This document shows positions 1-8,799 of a stretch of DNA of 36,109 bases, piece by piece. The first letter of the stretch is position 1; each line of letters opens with the position of its first letter. The notes under the pieces are model-generated. The model was not told the origin of the DNA. It was given only the letters and a program-made list of their open reading frames with translations, and searched no databases. Origin of the DNA: Myxococcota bacterium (GTDB taxonomy: Bacteria; Myxococcota_C; UBA6777); contig JAKLKB010000116.1 in the NCBI GenBank assembly GCA_023150835.1, positions 1-36,109 of the forward strand. The letters are read 5' to 3'. The position numbers and the translations under genes were made by a program.

Positions 1-204
1 CGCCCTCCCCCGTGAACAGGGGAGGGAGCGAAAGTCGGAAGCAGCGGGGATTTTGTTTTTTCATGACGCACGCTGTTTGCACGAGACGCAGACGCTGCCC
101 GTTCCAACTTCCCCCCGTTCACGGGGGGATTGAGGGGGGGGAGAAAAAAAAGGCGATCAAGACCGACTCTACGAGGTTTCCACCTTAACAAGGCGCGTAT
201 GGGG
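1..204. repeat. Repeat family R1 copy 1 (left end cut by window edge)
   Basis: Near-identical to about 12470-12673 and 22439-22614. Contains the CCCTCCCCCGTGAACAGGGGAGGG and CCCCCCGTTCACGGGGGG hairpins and the right end CTTAACAAGGCGCGTATGGGG. Confidence 0.9.
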
Positions 205-315
205 TTTCACCCCACACCCCACAAGGGAGCGAAGCCCCCTTGACCCCGTGAGGGGCGAAGACAGCATAGGTTTTTCAAGCAAACGGCTCTGTCGCTTGAA
301 GTGTCGCGAACACGG
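200..315 (-). repeat. Repeat family R3 copy 1 (~115 bp four-stem element)
   Basis: Reverse complement reads CCGTGTTCGC..TTCAAGC..GCTTGAA..CACGGGGTCAAGGGGGC-TTC-GCTCCCTTG..TGGGGTGAAACCCCA; homologous to the copies at 5085, 12317 and 30940. Confidence 0.85.
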
Positions 316-365
316 CTTCTTTGGGCCGCTGCGTCAGTCCTCTGTGTCAAACGCGATGTTGTGGC

Positions 366-3059
366 TTAGCGAGGGCGAGGTGGTCCGAGGTGGTGTTGAA
401 AGAAGCGGATCAGTCGGTCGTTCAGGGCACGCAAGGGACGAGCGCGGCGTACCATGTGCGTCATATTGGAGAGGGGGAGAAATTCGTGATCTTTTTGGGC
501 GAGCAAAAATGCGTGAGACAGCTTGAGCGAATGAAGGAAAAAGACGTTGTCATCGGCGGTTCCGTGTATCAACAACAACGGTCGATTGAGTTTGGAGGCA
601 TCGAGCAGGGCATTGGAACGGGCGTAAGCTTGGGGATCTTGTTGTGGCAAACCAAGAAACCGTTCGGTGTAATGGGTGTCGTAGTCCATCCAATCCGTGA
701 CGGGCGCACCTGCCACACCAGCATGAAAGACATCAGGGCGGCGCAACGTCGCCATCACCGAGAAGTATCCGCCAAAAGACCAGCCATACACCCCCACTCG
801 ATGCAGATCGATCTGCGGGATCAGCTTAGCGACTTCTCGAAGGCCCGTGATCTGATCTTCGAGCGGCTTGGCGATAAAGTCCCCTTGGATGGCGCGCTCC
901 CACGCACGTGTCCGCCCGGGCGTTCCGCGACCATCAACACTCACCACCAAAAAGCCTCGATCGGCCAGCCATTGCGCAAACAAAAAGTGACCGCGCACCG
1001 CATTCACCATCCGATACCCCGGACCTGCGTACACATACAACAACGTGGGATAACGCAAGTGGGCTTGAAACCCTTTGGGAAAGATCACCGCAGCGCGCAA
1101 GGCTTGTTCTCCAACCTTGAGCAAACGAACGTTGGGGATCACCTTCGGATCTTCCGATCTATCCGCGATCTGGGCGATCACCTCACCACGCGCAAAAGCA
1201 TCGCGTGGAGGCGTTGTTGTTTGTGTCGAGGATTTTTTATCCGCAGAGGTCGGAGGCATCGGCGTTTTAGAAGATGGCGAACCCTGAACAAGGATGGGAC
1301 GGTAGGCAGGTTTGGGCATACTCAGCGGAGGCATCGAGCGGTAGGCAGGTTTGGGCATACTCGGCGAAGACTTCGCTCGTTCGGCAAGTTTGAGTGTGGG
1401 ACTCCCAAGCGGCGGGTCCAAACGCCGAACGGTGTAAGAGGTGCTTGCTTCCATCGTCGCAGCCGTCAGAACATACAACAAGGCCGATTTTCCGTGACCG
1501 AAATGCCCCGAATGAACACCCGCTTTGTAAGTCAGGCGTTGCATCCGCCATTGTTCGCCCTGCAACGCCACGCGATACAGATGCCCTTCGGTCGGTTCGG
1601 GGCTTGCGGAGAGATAAGCCGTCCCACGCACAGCGTCCACCGCAAGCAGCCGCCGATAGCCCATCGCACGCGGCGTCAAGACCCGCACAAACGCGCCCTT
1701 GGCATCGCGCAGTTCGAGTTGCCATCCCCCACCTCGCTCGCTCGACCACAAAAAGGACCGACCATTTGGCAACCAATGCGGAACACTCTGATCGATGTTT
1801 AACCACGCTGCATCGCGCTCTTCGAGCAACATCCGCAACGCTCCTGTCGTCGTATCCACCGCCAAAAGCTGCGCATGACGCTGTAGACGATCTTGAACAA
1901 GCAGCGTCAACGGCGCACCTTTTGACCAACGAACGGTATTGAGATACGGAAAGCTCTTGCGATCCCACTCGATCCAACGGGTCTTTCCGCTCGCCAGATC
2001 CAATAACCCCAACCGCACGATCGCATTGGCCTTGCCCGGGCGCGGATAACGCTGCTTGTGCGGCTTGCTCTGCGGCTGCGCTGCGTTGGGCAAATAGATC
2101 CACTCCACACCGCGTTCATCCGTCTGTTGGTACAAGATCTGCCGACTGTCAGGCGACCACCAATAACCACGCATCCGCCCCATCTCTTCTTGTGCAACAA
2201 ACTCCGCCGTCGCATGGGTGATGCCTTCTGTGCGCTTTGTCAGACGCCGCTCTTTTCCTGTCGCGATCTCCACGACGTACAGATCTCCCCCACGCACCAC
2301 AGCGATCTGTTTCCCATCAGGCGAAAACCGCGCATCGATCGGATACCCCGCCTTGCTATCCAAGACGCGCACCCGCCCACTCGCCCGATCATACAGATAC
2401 AACTTGCCTGACAACGGCAACAACAAAGAACCACCGTCAGGGGCCATCCGATACGAGACCAAACCACGCGCCGCCAAACGCAGCCGTTCACGCCGCGCCT
2501 TTTCTTCAGCGCTTAAATTCTCCCGTACACCCGCAAGCAGCGTCTCTGCGGTCAACAACACCCGCTCTCTGCCCGTCGTCAGATCCAACGCATACAGACT
2601 CCGCACAAAGCTCCGTGGACCCGAACGCAAAAACAACAATTGCTTCCCGTCCTCCGTAAACGAAAAATGGCTCGGCTTTCCCATCCGAAAACGAAAGGTC
2701 TTTGCGTAACGTGTCAAAAAGTCTTCTTTCTCCGACCCCGCCACCGCCCCACCTCGCAGAGAAGGATGCTGCCCCACAGGCCGCTGCACGGGTCGAATAA
2801 CCTCCCCCACAGGCCGCTGCACAGGTCGAATAACCTCCCCCACAGGCCGCGCCTTTACAGGATGTGACGGTACAAGTCGAACAACGTCCCCCACAGGCCG
2901 CGAAGACGGACGTTCTGCCCATGCTCGACCCCCGAGCCACCCTGCCCCAAGCCACTTGACCCCTCCATACCTTCCCCCAGACCACGCCCCGCAAAACACC
3001 ATCCCTCCAACGATCCACCCCAAGACGGGGCGCAACCACAACGCACGCAAAACAGACAT
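366..3059 (-). CDS. S9B family dipeptidyl peptidase IV-like serine peptidase, probably exported
   Basis: DPP-IV beta-propeller motifs (FSPDG, WWSPD, AEFVAQEEM, YPRPG) and catalytic GWSFGG, GTADDNV and His (MTHM). Start moved to ATG 3059 behind AAGGAAAAGG; the ORF extension to 3200 runs into the repeats. Confidence 0.92.
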   Translation of the reverse strand: MSVLRALWLRPVLGWIVGGMVFCGAWSGGRYGGVKWLGAGWLGGRAWAERPSSRPVGDVVRLVPSHPVKARPVGEVIRPVQRPVGEVIRPVQRPVGQHPSLRGGAVAGSEKEDFLTRYAKTFRFRMGKPSHFSFTEDGKQLLFLRSGPRSFVRSLYALDLTTGRERVLLTAETLLAGVRENLSAEEKARRERLRLAARGLVSYRMAPDGGSLLLPLSGKLYLYDRASGRVRVLDSKAGYPIDARFSPDGKQIAVVRGGDLYVVEIATGKERRLTKRTEGITHATAEFVAQEEMGRMRGYWWSPDSRQILYQQTDERGVEWIYLPNAAQPQSKPHKQRYPRPGKANAIVRLGLLDLASGKTRWIEWDRKSFPYLNTVRWSKGAPLTLLVQDRLQRHAQLLAVDTTTGALRMLLEERDAAWLNIDQSVPHWLPNGRSFLWSSERGGGWQLELRDAKGAFVRVLTPRAMGYRRLLAVDAVRGTAYLSASPEPTEGHLYRVALQGEQWRMQRLTYKAGVHSGHFGHGKSALLYVLTAATMEASTSYTVRRLDPPLGSPTLKLAERAKSSPSMPKPAYRSMPPLSMPKPAYRPILVQGSPSSKTPMPPTSADKKSSTQTTTPPRDAFARGEVIAQIADRSEDPKVIPNVRLLKVGEQALRAAVIFPKGFQAHLRYPTLLYVYAGPGYRMVNAVRGHFLFAQWLADRGFLVVSVDGRGTPGRTRAWERAIQGDFIAKPLEDQITGLREVAKLIPQIDLHRVGVYGWSFGGYFSVMATLRRPDVFHAGVAGAPVTDWMDYDTHYTERFLGLPQQDPQAYARSNALLDASKLNRPLLLIHGTADDNVFFLHSLKLSHAFLLAQKDHEFLPLSNMTHMVRRARPLRALNDRLIRFFQHHLGPPRPR

Positions 3060-3081
3060 ACCTTTTCCTTTCCGTGTAGGA

Positions 3082-3468
3082 GTGACACGAAATCCGCAGG
3101 GTGTGTGATCGTCAAACGTAGGGGCAGCCCCCTGTGGCTGCCCAAAAACAGGGCCATTACACCGAAGCAGCCCCATGTGGCTGCCCAAAAACAGGGCCAT
3201 TACACCGGAGCAGCCCCCTGTGGCTGCCCAAAAACAGGGCCATTACACCGGAGCAGCCCCCTGTGGCTGCCCAAAAACAGGGCCATTACATCGGAGCAGC
3301 CCTCTGTGGCTGCCCAAAAACAGGGCCATTACACCGGAGCAGCCCCCTGTGGCTGCCCAAAAACAGGGCAATTACAGCGCAGCAGCCCCCTGTGGCTGCC
3401 CAAAAACAGGGCAATTACAGCGGAGCGCACCAACATCGCGATCACATACGACCCGAATATCGTACGAC
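3082..3468 (+). repeat. Repeat family R2 copy (TIR-bounded GTAG-REP element) with internal tandem expansion
   Basis: Left end GTGACACGAAATCCG, GTAGGGGCAGCCCCCTGTGGCTGCCC at 3118, right end CGAATATCGTACGAC. Confidence 0.8.
3124..3424. repeat. 7 x 43-bp tandem repeat of a REP-like hairpin
   Basis: Unit GCAGCCCCCTGTGGCTGCCCAAAAACAGGGCCATTACACCGGA, seven near-identical copies with no unique spacers. Confidence 0.95.
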
Positions 3469-3562
3469 ACAGTTCATCAAAAACAAACCACTTCGCCCTC
3501 GGAGCGCTTGTAGTGTACAAAAGCAAAGCACAAAGGCAAACCCCAAGGAGAGTAAACGCATC

Positions 3563-5035
3563 ATGGGCAAACGAAAGCCACGCAACGAAGAAGTGTTTGA
3601 AGTCGAAGTCACCGCGCTTGGCCGAAAAGGGATCGGCATCGCGATCGCTCCCGATGGCGATCCCATCGAGATACGTGGTGTCCCACCCGATACAGTCGTC
3701 GAAGTCCGCGCCCGTCGCAAACGCAAGGGCTTGTGGGAGGCCGTTCCGTTGCGCATCGTTCGTTATCCCGCATCCGCCGAAACACCGCGCTGTGCGGTGT
3801 TTGAGATGTGTGGGGGCTGCACACTCCAAGGACTCCAGCTACACGCGCAGCGCACCGCCAAACAACGAACCGCCATCAACGATATCGCCCGTGCCATGAA
3901 CCTTTCCAGCGAAGAGCTTGCACAACAAGTCACGATCCACCCAACACGCGGCCCTGAACAAGCCTACGCTTACCGAAACAAAGTCGAACTCACTTTCGGC
4001 GCACAGCGCTTCCTCGACAAGACGGATCTTGATGCAGGCTTGCCGTTTGATGGCCGTTACCTTGGCTTCCATGCCCCCGGTCGATTCGACAAGATCGTCG
4101 ATGCGGCCCGCTGCGAACTGATCAGCGAACCCGCCAACCAACTGCTCGCCATCGTTCGCCAACAAGCCCTAACACCCGATGCTCCGCCGACTTGGGATCC
4201 ACGTACTCACACGGGCTTCTGGCGTCATCTGCTCTTGCGCGAAGGATTCGCCAGCGGAGAACATCTGATCGGACTCTACACGGCTCCCGCCCAAACCCCC
4301 GAACAAGAAGCGGCAGTATCGCGGCTTGCAGATGCCCTTCAACACGCCTCGCTCGCTTTCAACCATCGCCTCGCAGGGATCGTCTGGTTTGAAAATGACT
4401 CGGTGGGTGATGCCGCTCAAGGCTCGATCCGTCAGGTATGGGGCCGACATTGGCTCCACGAACGCCTCGGATCCATCGGCTTCCAACTCTCGATCCAGTC
4501 CTTTTTTCAAACTTCCACCCTCGGCGCAAAACTGCTTTACGATACCCTTGGCGACGCGATCACGTCCTCCCATCGGCGCTTGTACGATCTTTATTGCGGC
4601 ATCGGCTCGATCGGACTTTATCTCCACCAACGTTTCGATCAGATCATCGGCATCGAAGAGATCCCCCAAGCCGTCGAAGATGCCCGCCAAAATGCCCAAC
4701 GCAACGGCATCCACCACACCACCTACCACGCCGCCCGCGTCGAAGAAGCCCTCGATCTCCTACCCACCACACAACACGATCACACCTTGATCGTCGACCC
4801 GCCCCGGGGTGGTTTGCATCTCAGCGTCGCAAATGCCCTTGCACGCGCCCCGGGTGACGAATTGCTTTACGTCGCCTGTCACCCCGCATCCTTGGGCAGA
4901 GACGCTCTCCCTCTCGCTCGCGGCGGATGGCGCCTCGCTCATCTGTGGTTTGTCGACCTCTTCCCCCAAACCTATCACATCGAAGCCATCGCACGCTTTG
5001 AACGCCAACCTAAAAAAAATCCGCCCCCCCTATAA
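3563..5035 (+). CDS. rlmD: 23S rRNA m5U1939 methyltransferase (RlmD/TrmA family)
   Basis: TRAM-like N-terminus, C-x5-CGGC Fe-S motif, YRNK, SFFQ, DLYCGIG, VDPPR, YVAC, DLFPQTYHIE. ATG 3563 follows AAGGAG. Confidence 0.9.
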   Translation: MGKRKPRNEEVFEVEVTALGRKGIGIAIAPDGDPIEIRGVPPDTVVEVRARRKRKGLWEAVPLRIVRYPASAETPRCAVFEMCGGCTLQGLQLHAQRTAKQRTAINDIARAMNLSSEELAQQVTIHPTRGPEQAYAYRNKVELTFGAQRFLDKTDLDAGLPFDGRYLGFHAPGRFDKIVDAARCELISEPANQLLAIVRQQALTPDAPPTWDPRTHTGFWRHLLLREGFASGEHLIGLYTAPAQTPEQEAAVSRLADALQHASLAFNHRLAGIVWFENDSVGDAAQGSIRQVWGRHWLHERLGSIGFQLSIQSFFQTSTLGAKLLYDTLGDAITSSHRRLYDLYCGIGSIGLYLHQRFDQIIGIEEIPQAVEDARQNAQRNGIHHTTYHAARVEEALDLLPTTQHDHTLIVDPPRGGLHLSVANALARAPGDELLYVACHPASLGRDALPLARGGWRLAHLWFVDLFPQTYHIEAIARFERQPKKNPPPL

Positions 5036-5084
5036 CCCATCCAACCGATCCGACCCCGACACGAAACACGCCACCCACCAAACC

Positions 5085-5198
5085 CCGTGTTCGCACTCCT
5101 TCAAACGGCACCGCTGTTTGTTTGGATATCTCTGTTCACCCCGTCTATACGGGGTCAAGGGAGCCGCGCTCCCTTGCGGGGCGTGGGGTGGAACCCCA
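5085..5198 (+). repeat. Repeat family R3 copy 2
   Basis: CCGTGTTCGC..TTCAAAC..GTTTGGA..TACGGGGTCAAGGGAGC-CGC-GCTCCCTTG..TGGGGTGGAACCCCA, lying between convergent genes. Confidence 0.85.
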
Positions 5199-5268
5199 CA
5201 AAGACCATCCAACCCACAAAGACCATCCACCCCGCACCCCTCACAAGAAACACGCTGCGGCTCGCTGT

Positions 5269-6618
5269 CTAGCGCGATGGTTCGAGGCGCAAAGATCGCC
5301 ACCACGCGCCATCTATCGGCTGTTTGTGTGCGCCCCGCGCCAAAAAGCCCGTCAGATACACTTCGAGACCGCCTTTCGCGGGTGGGGCCGGCCAGATCAA
5401 GATCGGATCGGGGAGATTGTGCGGGATCACCAACACAGGATGCAGGGAGCGCGCACAATCCCCAAAGTCCACCCCGTAGATCGGGAACTTTGAAAAGTTA
5501 TTCACATAGAACACCGAGGGGCGGTAGTTGTAGATCGCCGCGAGATCATAGGGCAGATAAAACAAGCCGCGATGCCGCATCAATTGAAGGGTCAAGCGCA
5601 GATCATCCATCAGCTTCGGAGAGGGCCGCGCCAACGACGGGGCCAATGCTTCTTGTGTGCGCGCTGCGATATCCACCAAAGGCTCATCCGAGCGAAACGC
5701 CCCACCACTCGCCACAAACGAAGCATTCCCCACAAATTCGGGGGGGATCCCTGCAAGCCGCTCTCGCCCATCCAAGACGCTGACTTGACCGCACGCCACC
5801 GAAGCTGACGCATGAAAAAGCTGCGCACAGCTTCGAGAAAGATGCGCACACAACAACGCATACAAGCCGATCTCTTTTCCTGCTGTCTCTTCGGTGCGTT
5901 TGCGCAGCCCTGCGAGGGCCTCTTGCGATAAAAAGATCGGTCGTGTGCGCTGCAAGATCCCACCGAATAAAAACAGGGGCAAGCCCGACATCAGCTTGAG
6001 AAAGCTTGGCTTGATCCAGCCCGCTGCAACGACGCGTTCGCGGACTTCTTTTTTGGACAGCAACGGCTCTGTCGGCTGGAAGACTTGTACCAACGATTGA
6101 TCCAAACATGGCGCAACCATCGACTTTCCAGCGTAAAGCCGCCCCCAGTTTGCCACCATCGTGTAAAAGCTGTTTCCATCCATCAAAGCATGCGAAGAAC
6201 ACACGCTCAGCACCGTACCGTCATGGAGAGAGCTTACACAGATCGCGATCCCCGCTTCTTTTCCGCGCCGAAAAGCTTTTTTGTCAGGCGGCCTAGCAAA
6301 AGACTGTGCCAACGTATGATCCGCCTCGATATCCGCGATCTTGATATCGAACCGCTCCGCTGTATGAAACGGCACCCCTGCGTTGTCGAGTGCGATGCCA
6401 ACCCCTTGTTTCATCCGCCCCGCAAGATGCGGATAATCCGACAGCAACAACCCCAATGTCTCCTTGAGGCGCTCCACATCCAACAGCGCATCAAAGATCC
6501 ACGTCCCTCGGATGATCAACGCTTGGTTCACCTCGTCCAAAGGCGTGAGCCGCCACACAGCCCCGACAGGTGCGGGATCTTTGGCTTGGATCAGCAGCGG
6601 CGGTCGAACAACAGACAT
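5269..6618 (-). CDS. BAHD-family (Transferase) acyl-CoA-dependent acyltransferase
   Basis: LTPLD, LxxLLSDYPHLAGR, catalytic HxxxDG (HALMDG), FVGNA and PIYGVDFG (DFGWG-like). GGAGG RBS before ATG 6618. Confidence 0.85.
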   Translation of the reverse strand: MSVVRPPLLIQAKDPAPVGAVWRLTPLDEVNQALIIRGTWIFDALLDVERLKETLGLLLSDYPHLAGRMKQGVGIALDNAGVPFHTAERFDIKIADIEADHTLAQSFARPPDKKAFRRGKEAGIAICVSSLHDGTVLSVCSSHALMDGNSFYTMVANWGRLYAGKSMVAPCLDQSLVQVFQPTEPLLSKKEVRERVVAAGWIKPSFLKLMSGLPLFLFGGILQRTRPIFLSQEALAGLRKRTEETAGKEIGLYALLCAHLSRSCAQLFHASASVACGQVSVLDGRERLAGIPPEFVGNASFVASGGAFRSDEPLVDIAARTQEALAPSLARPSPKLMDDLRLTLQLMRHRGLFYLPYDLAAIYNYRPSVFYVNNFSKFPIYGVDFGDCARSLHPVLVIPHNLPDPILIWPAPPAKGGLEVYLTGFLARGAHKQPIDGAWWRSLRLEPSR

Positions 6619-6685
6619 TTGCGCTCCTCCTTCGGCACGAAACAAGCGTCGCCAGACATGGGATCCCCTGTATGCGTAGCCCACC

Positions 6686-7693
6686 CTATTCTTTGTACGG
6701 ACCCAAAAACTTGCCTCCGTTGAAATGGATTAGATGGTCTGGAGAATCGGCGATCCAAACTTCGGTTTCCCATGCGATATCTGGTGCGAACTTCCGAAAC
6801 GTTGCTCGGTCAAGAAATGCGGTGATGTACACGATCTCGGCTGTACAGTCTGTGGTTAGGCGTTTGAGTTCTTCAAGCCTCACGGGTGTGATCGGGCCTG
6901 AACTATGGACTGCTTCGATCAAAAATAGCCAGTTCTTCGACGAACTGTACGCAAGAACATCGGGGAGTTCATCGTGTGCGATTTCAAAGAAGGACAACGC
7001 CGCCAATTGACGCTCGTCGCACAGAAGCAGTTTCTTTGCCGTGTCGCCAACATAGAGCACCTCGCACTCAAAACCGTAGCGAGGAAGAAACTCCTCAATG
7101 ATAGCCTTCTGCAACTCGTTGTGTTTGCCGGGTGAAAACTCCAATTTTTGCCCGCTTGGAAGCGATACGCTCACCCTTTTTATCTCTCTTTGAGAAGAGA
7201 GCCTATCGCGCAACGTGCCTGTCTGGGCAAGAAGTTCGTCAACATCTTTTTCCCACCCCTCGTTGCCGTACGAGCGGACGACGTCGATGTATCGAGGACT
7301 CAAAGCATAACCTCGCGTCGGGTTGTTTGTCGCCGCATTTGGATCGTTTGCACTACGTTCGACGATCCCTGCGACTGTAGCCAACTTCAAATCTTTACGG
7401 CGGATATCGTCGTACGATCCACTCGATATAGATTCGCCAAAGTGGCTGTTGATGTAGTCGATCATCTGCCTTGTTTGGGGAGTCCATCCGTCTCCACTTT
7501 GCTTGGCTTTTGGCCAGTCTATCGAGCACTTCACATCAAGAACCGCCAAAAACGCCATCGCCATCCGCTCAAGACGGCGCTCAGTTAAACCGTCGAACGG
7601 AATGCCTAAGCTGTTGAGGATATGAAGAGCCTCGTTGATGACTTTCTTCGTCGAGTCCGATTTTTTGGTCGTAGGGATAAAATCAGGTGTCAA
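6686..7693 (-). CDS. BsuBI/PstI-family type II restriction endonuclease
   Basis: FSPGKHNELQKAIIEEF, LYVGDT, PD..IEAVHSSGP and C-terminal IAWETEVW..PDHLIHFNGGKFLGPY. TTG start after GAGGAGG, 3 nt after the MTase stop. Confidence 0.92.
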   Translation of the reverse strand: MTPDFIPTTKKSDSTKKVINEALHILNSLGIPFDGLTERRLERMAMAFLAVLDVKCSIDWPKAKQSGDGWTPQTRQMIDYINSHFGESISSGSYDDIRRKDLKLATVAGIVERSANDPNAATNNPTRGYALSPRYIDVVRSYGNEGWEKDVDELLAQTGTLRDRLSSQREIKRVSVSLPSGQKLEFSPGKHNELQKAIIEEFLPRYGFECEVLYVGDTAKKLLLCDERQLAALSFFEIAHDELPDVLAYSSSKNWLFLIEAVHSSGPITPVRLEELKRLTTDCTAEIVYITAFLDRATFRKFAPDIAWETEVWIADSPDHLIHFNGGKFLGPYKE

Positions 7694-7696
7694 GCA

Positions 7697-8728
7697 TTAC
7701 CCTCCTCGCGATTCCATTGCGAAAAGTTCTGGTTGTACAGGTAAGTTCCGATGCATAATTTCGGAGTTTGAAAAACGATGATCTGACTTCAAGTATTCGA
7801 CAACGGAACAGGCGATTGCGTAAGCGAACAAAGGAGGCACTGCGTTGCCGACCTGGTAGTATTGGCTTGTTTCTGTTCCAGAGAACTCAAACCAGTCAGG
7901 AAAACTCTGAAGGCGCGCAGCTTCACGAACGGTGATTCTTCTCCTCCTGCCGTCTGGGAGGCGCAGCCGATGCATATCTCCGGTTGCACCCGCCAAGTTT
8001 CTACAGGTAAGGGTTCGTGCCGGGCGGTCGAGGTGAAGGTCGCGCGGGGTGACACATTTGGATGCCTTCTCATAATTGGCGACGTACTCGTCCATTCTTG
8101 CGGTAAGAAACTTGGCATCATTCGGAATTGAGACAGCCAATTCACCGAGGGCTTCACCAGCCGTCACCCGAGCAGAAGTTTCCTTCGGGAACTGAAAATC
8201 CCCACGATGCCCAACAACAACGAGTCGCTCTCGATTTTGAGGGACACCAAATCCAACAGCGTTAAGCAACCGATATTCAACCACATAATTCAATTCTTTA
8301 AGTCGGGCTAGGATCTCTTCAAAATAACGCTTGTTTCGATACAAAAGACCACGCACATTCTCAAACATCCAAATATCAGGATCGACTTTCTTGATAGCTT
8401 CGACGAAAATGGGAAAACCGTCCCTCGGGTCTTGGAGGCCCAGTTGCTTTCCTCCGACGCTGAATGGCTGACAGGGGGGGCCACCGATCACGATTTGAGC
8501 AGGAGAATACTCTTCTCCAAGATCGAGCCGCTTGCGTTTGCAGGGGCCGTTCAGGTTGAGTGAGTAGGTGTTCGCGTAATCGGATTCCATTTCGTATCCA
8601 CTCGTACGAATGCCACATGCCTCAAAGCCGAGAGCCAGTCCTCCACATCCAGCAAAAAGGTCGATCGCGTCGTACTGAAACGACGCTGGTCGCGTCAACT
8701 TCTCTTTTAATTCGTCCAAATAAGTCAT
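7697..8728 (-). CDS. DNA cytosine-C5 methyltransferase
   Basis: Motifs DLFAGCGG (I), GGPPCQPFS (IV), ENV (VI), QNRER (VIII), REAARLQSFPD (IX) and GNAVPP (X). Confidence 0.95.
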   Translation of the reverse strand: MTYLDELKEKLTRPASFQYDAIDLFAGCGGLALGFEACGIRTSGYEMESDYANTYSLNLNGPCKRKRLDLGEEYSPAQIVIGGPPCQPFSVGGKQLGLQDPRDGFPIFVEAIKKVDPDIWMFENVRGLLYRNKRYFEEILARLKELNYVVEYRLLNAVGFGVPQNRERLVVVGHRGDFQFPKETSARVTAGEALGELAVSIPNDAKFLTARMDEYVANYEKASKCVTPRDLHLDRPARTLTCRNLAGATGDMHRLRLPDGRRRRITVREAARLQSFPDWFEFSGTETSQYYQVGNAVPPLFAYAIACSVVEYLKSDHRFSNSEIMHRNLPVQPELFAMESRGG

Positions 8729-8799
8729 GAGTTTCACGCCCGATGTATTTCTCTGAACACGGCGCAACCGTGACCAAGAACCCTGTCGCAAAAGCAACG

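Noticed and set aside
321-1802. Long antisense or alternate-frame ORFs (also 8743-10050, 13470-15148, 19028-20212, 24138-25175)
   Set aside because: Shadow ORFs opposite well-supported genes in GC-rich DNA, with no recognisable motifs.
3124-3424. CRISPR array
   Set aside because: The units are identical over their full 43 bp with no unique spacers, and no cas genes are present.
3105-3562. N-terminal extensions of rlmD (from 3134) and of the peptidase (to 3200), and ORF 3105-3899
   Set aside because: These are translations of the tandem repeat; better starts with an RBS exist at 3563 and 3059.
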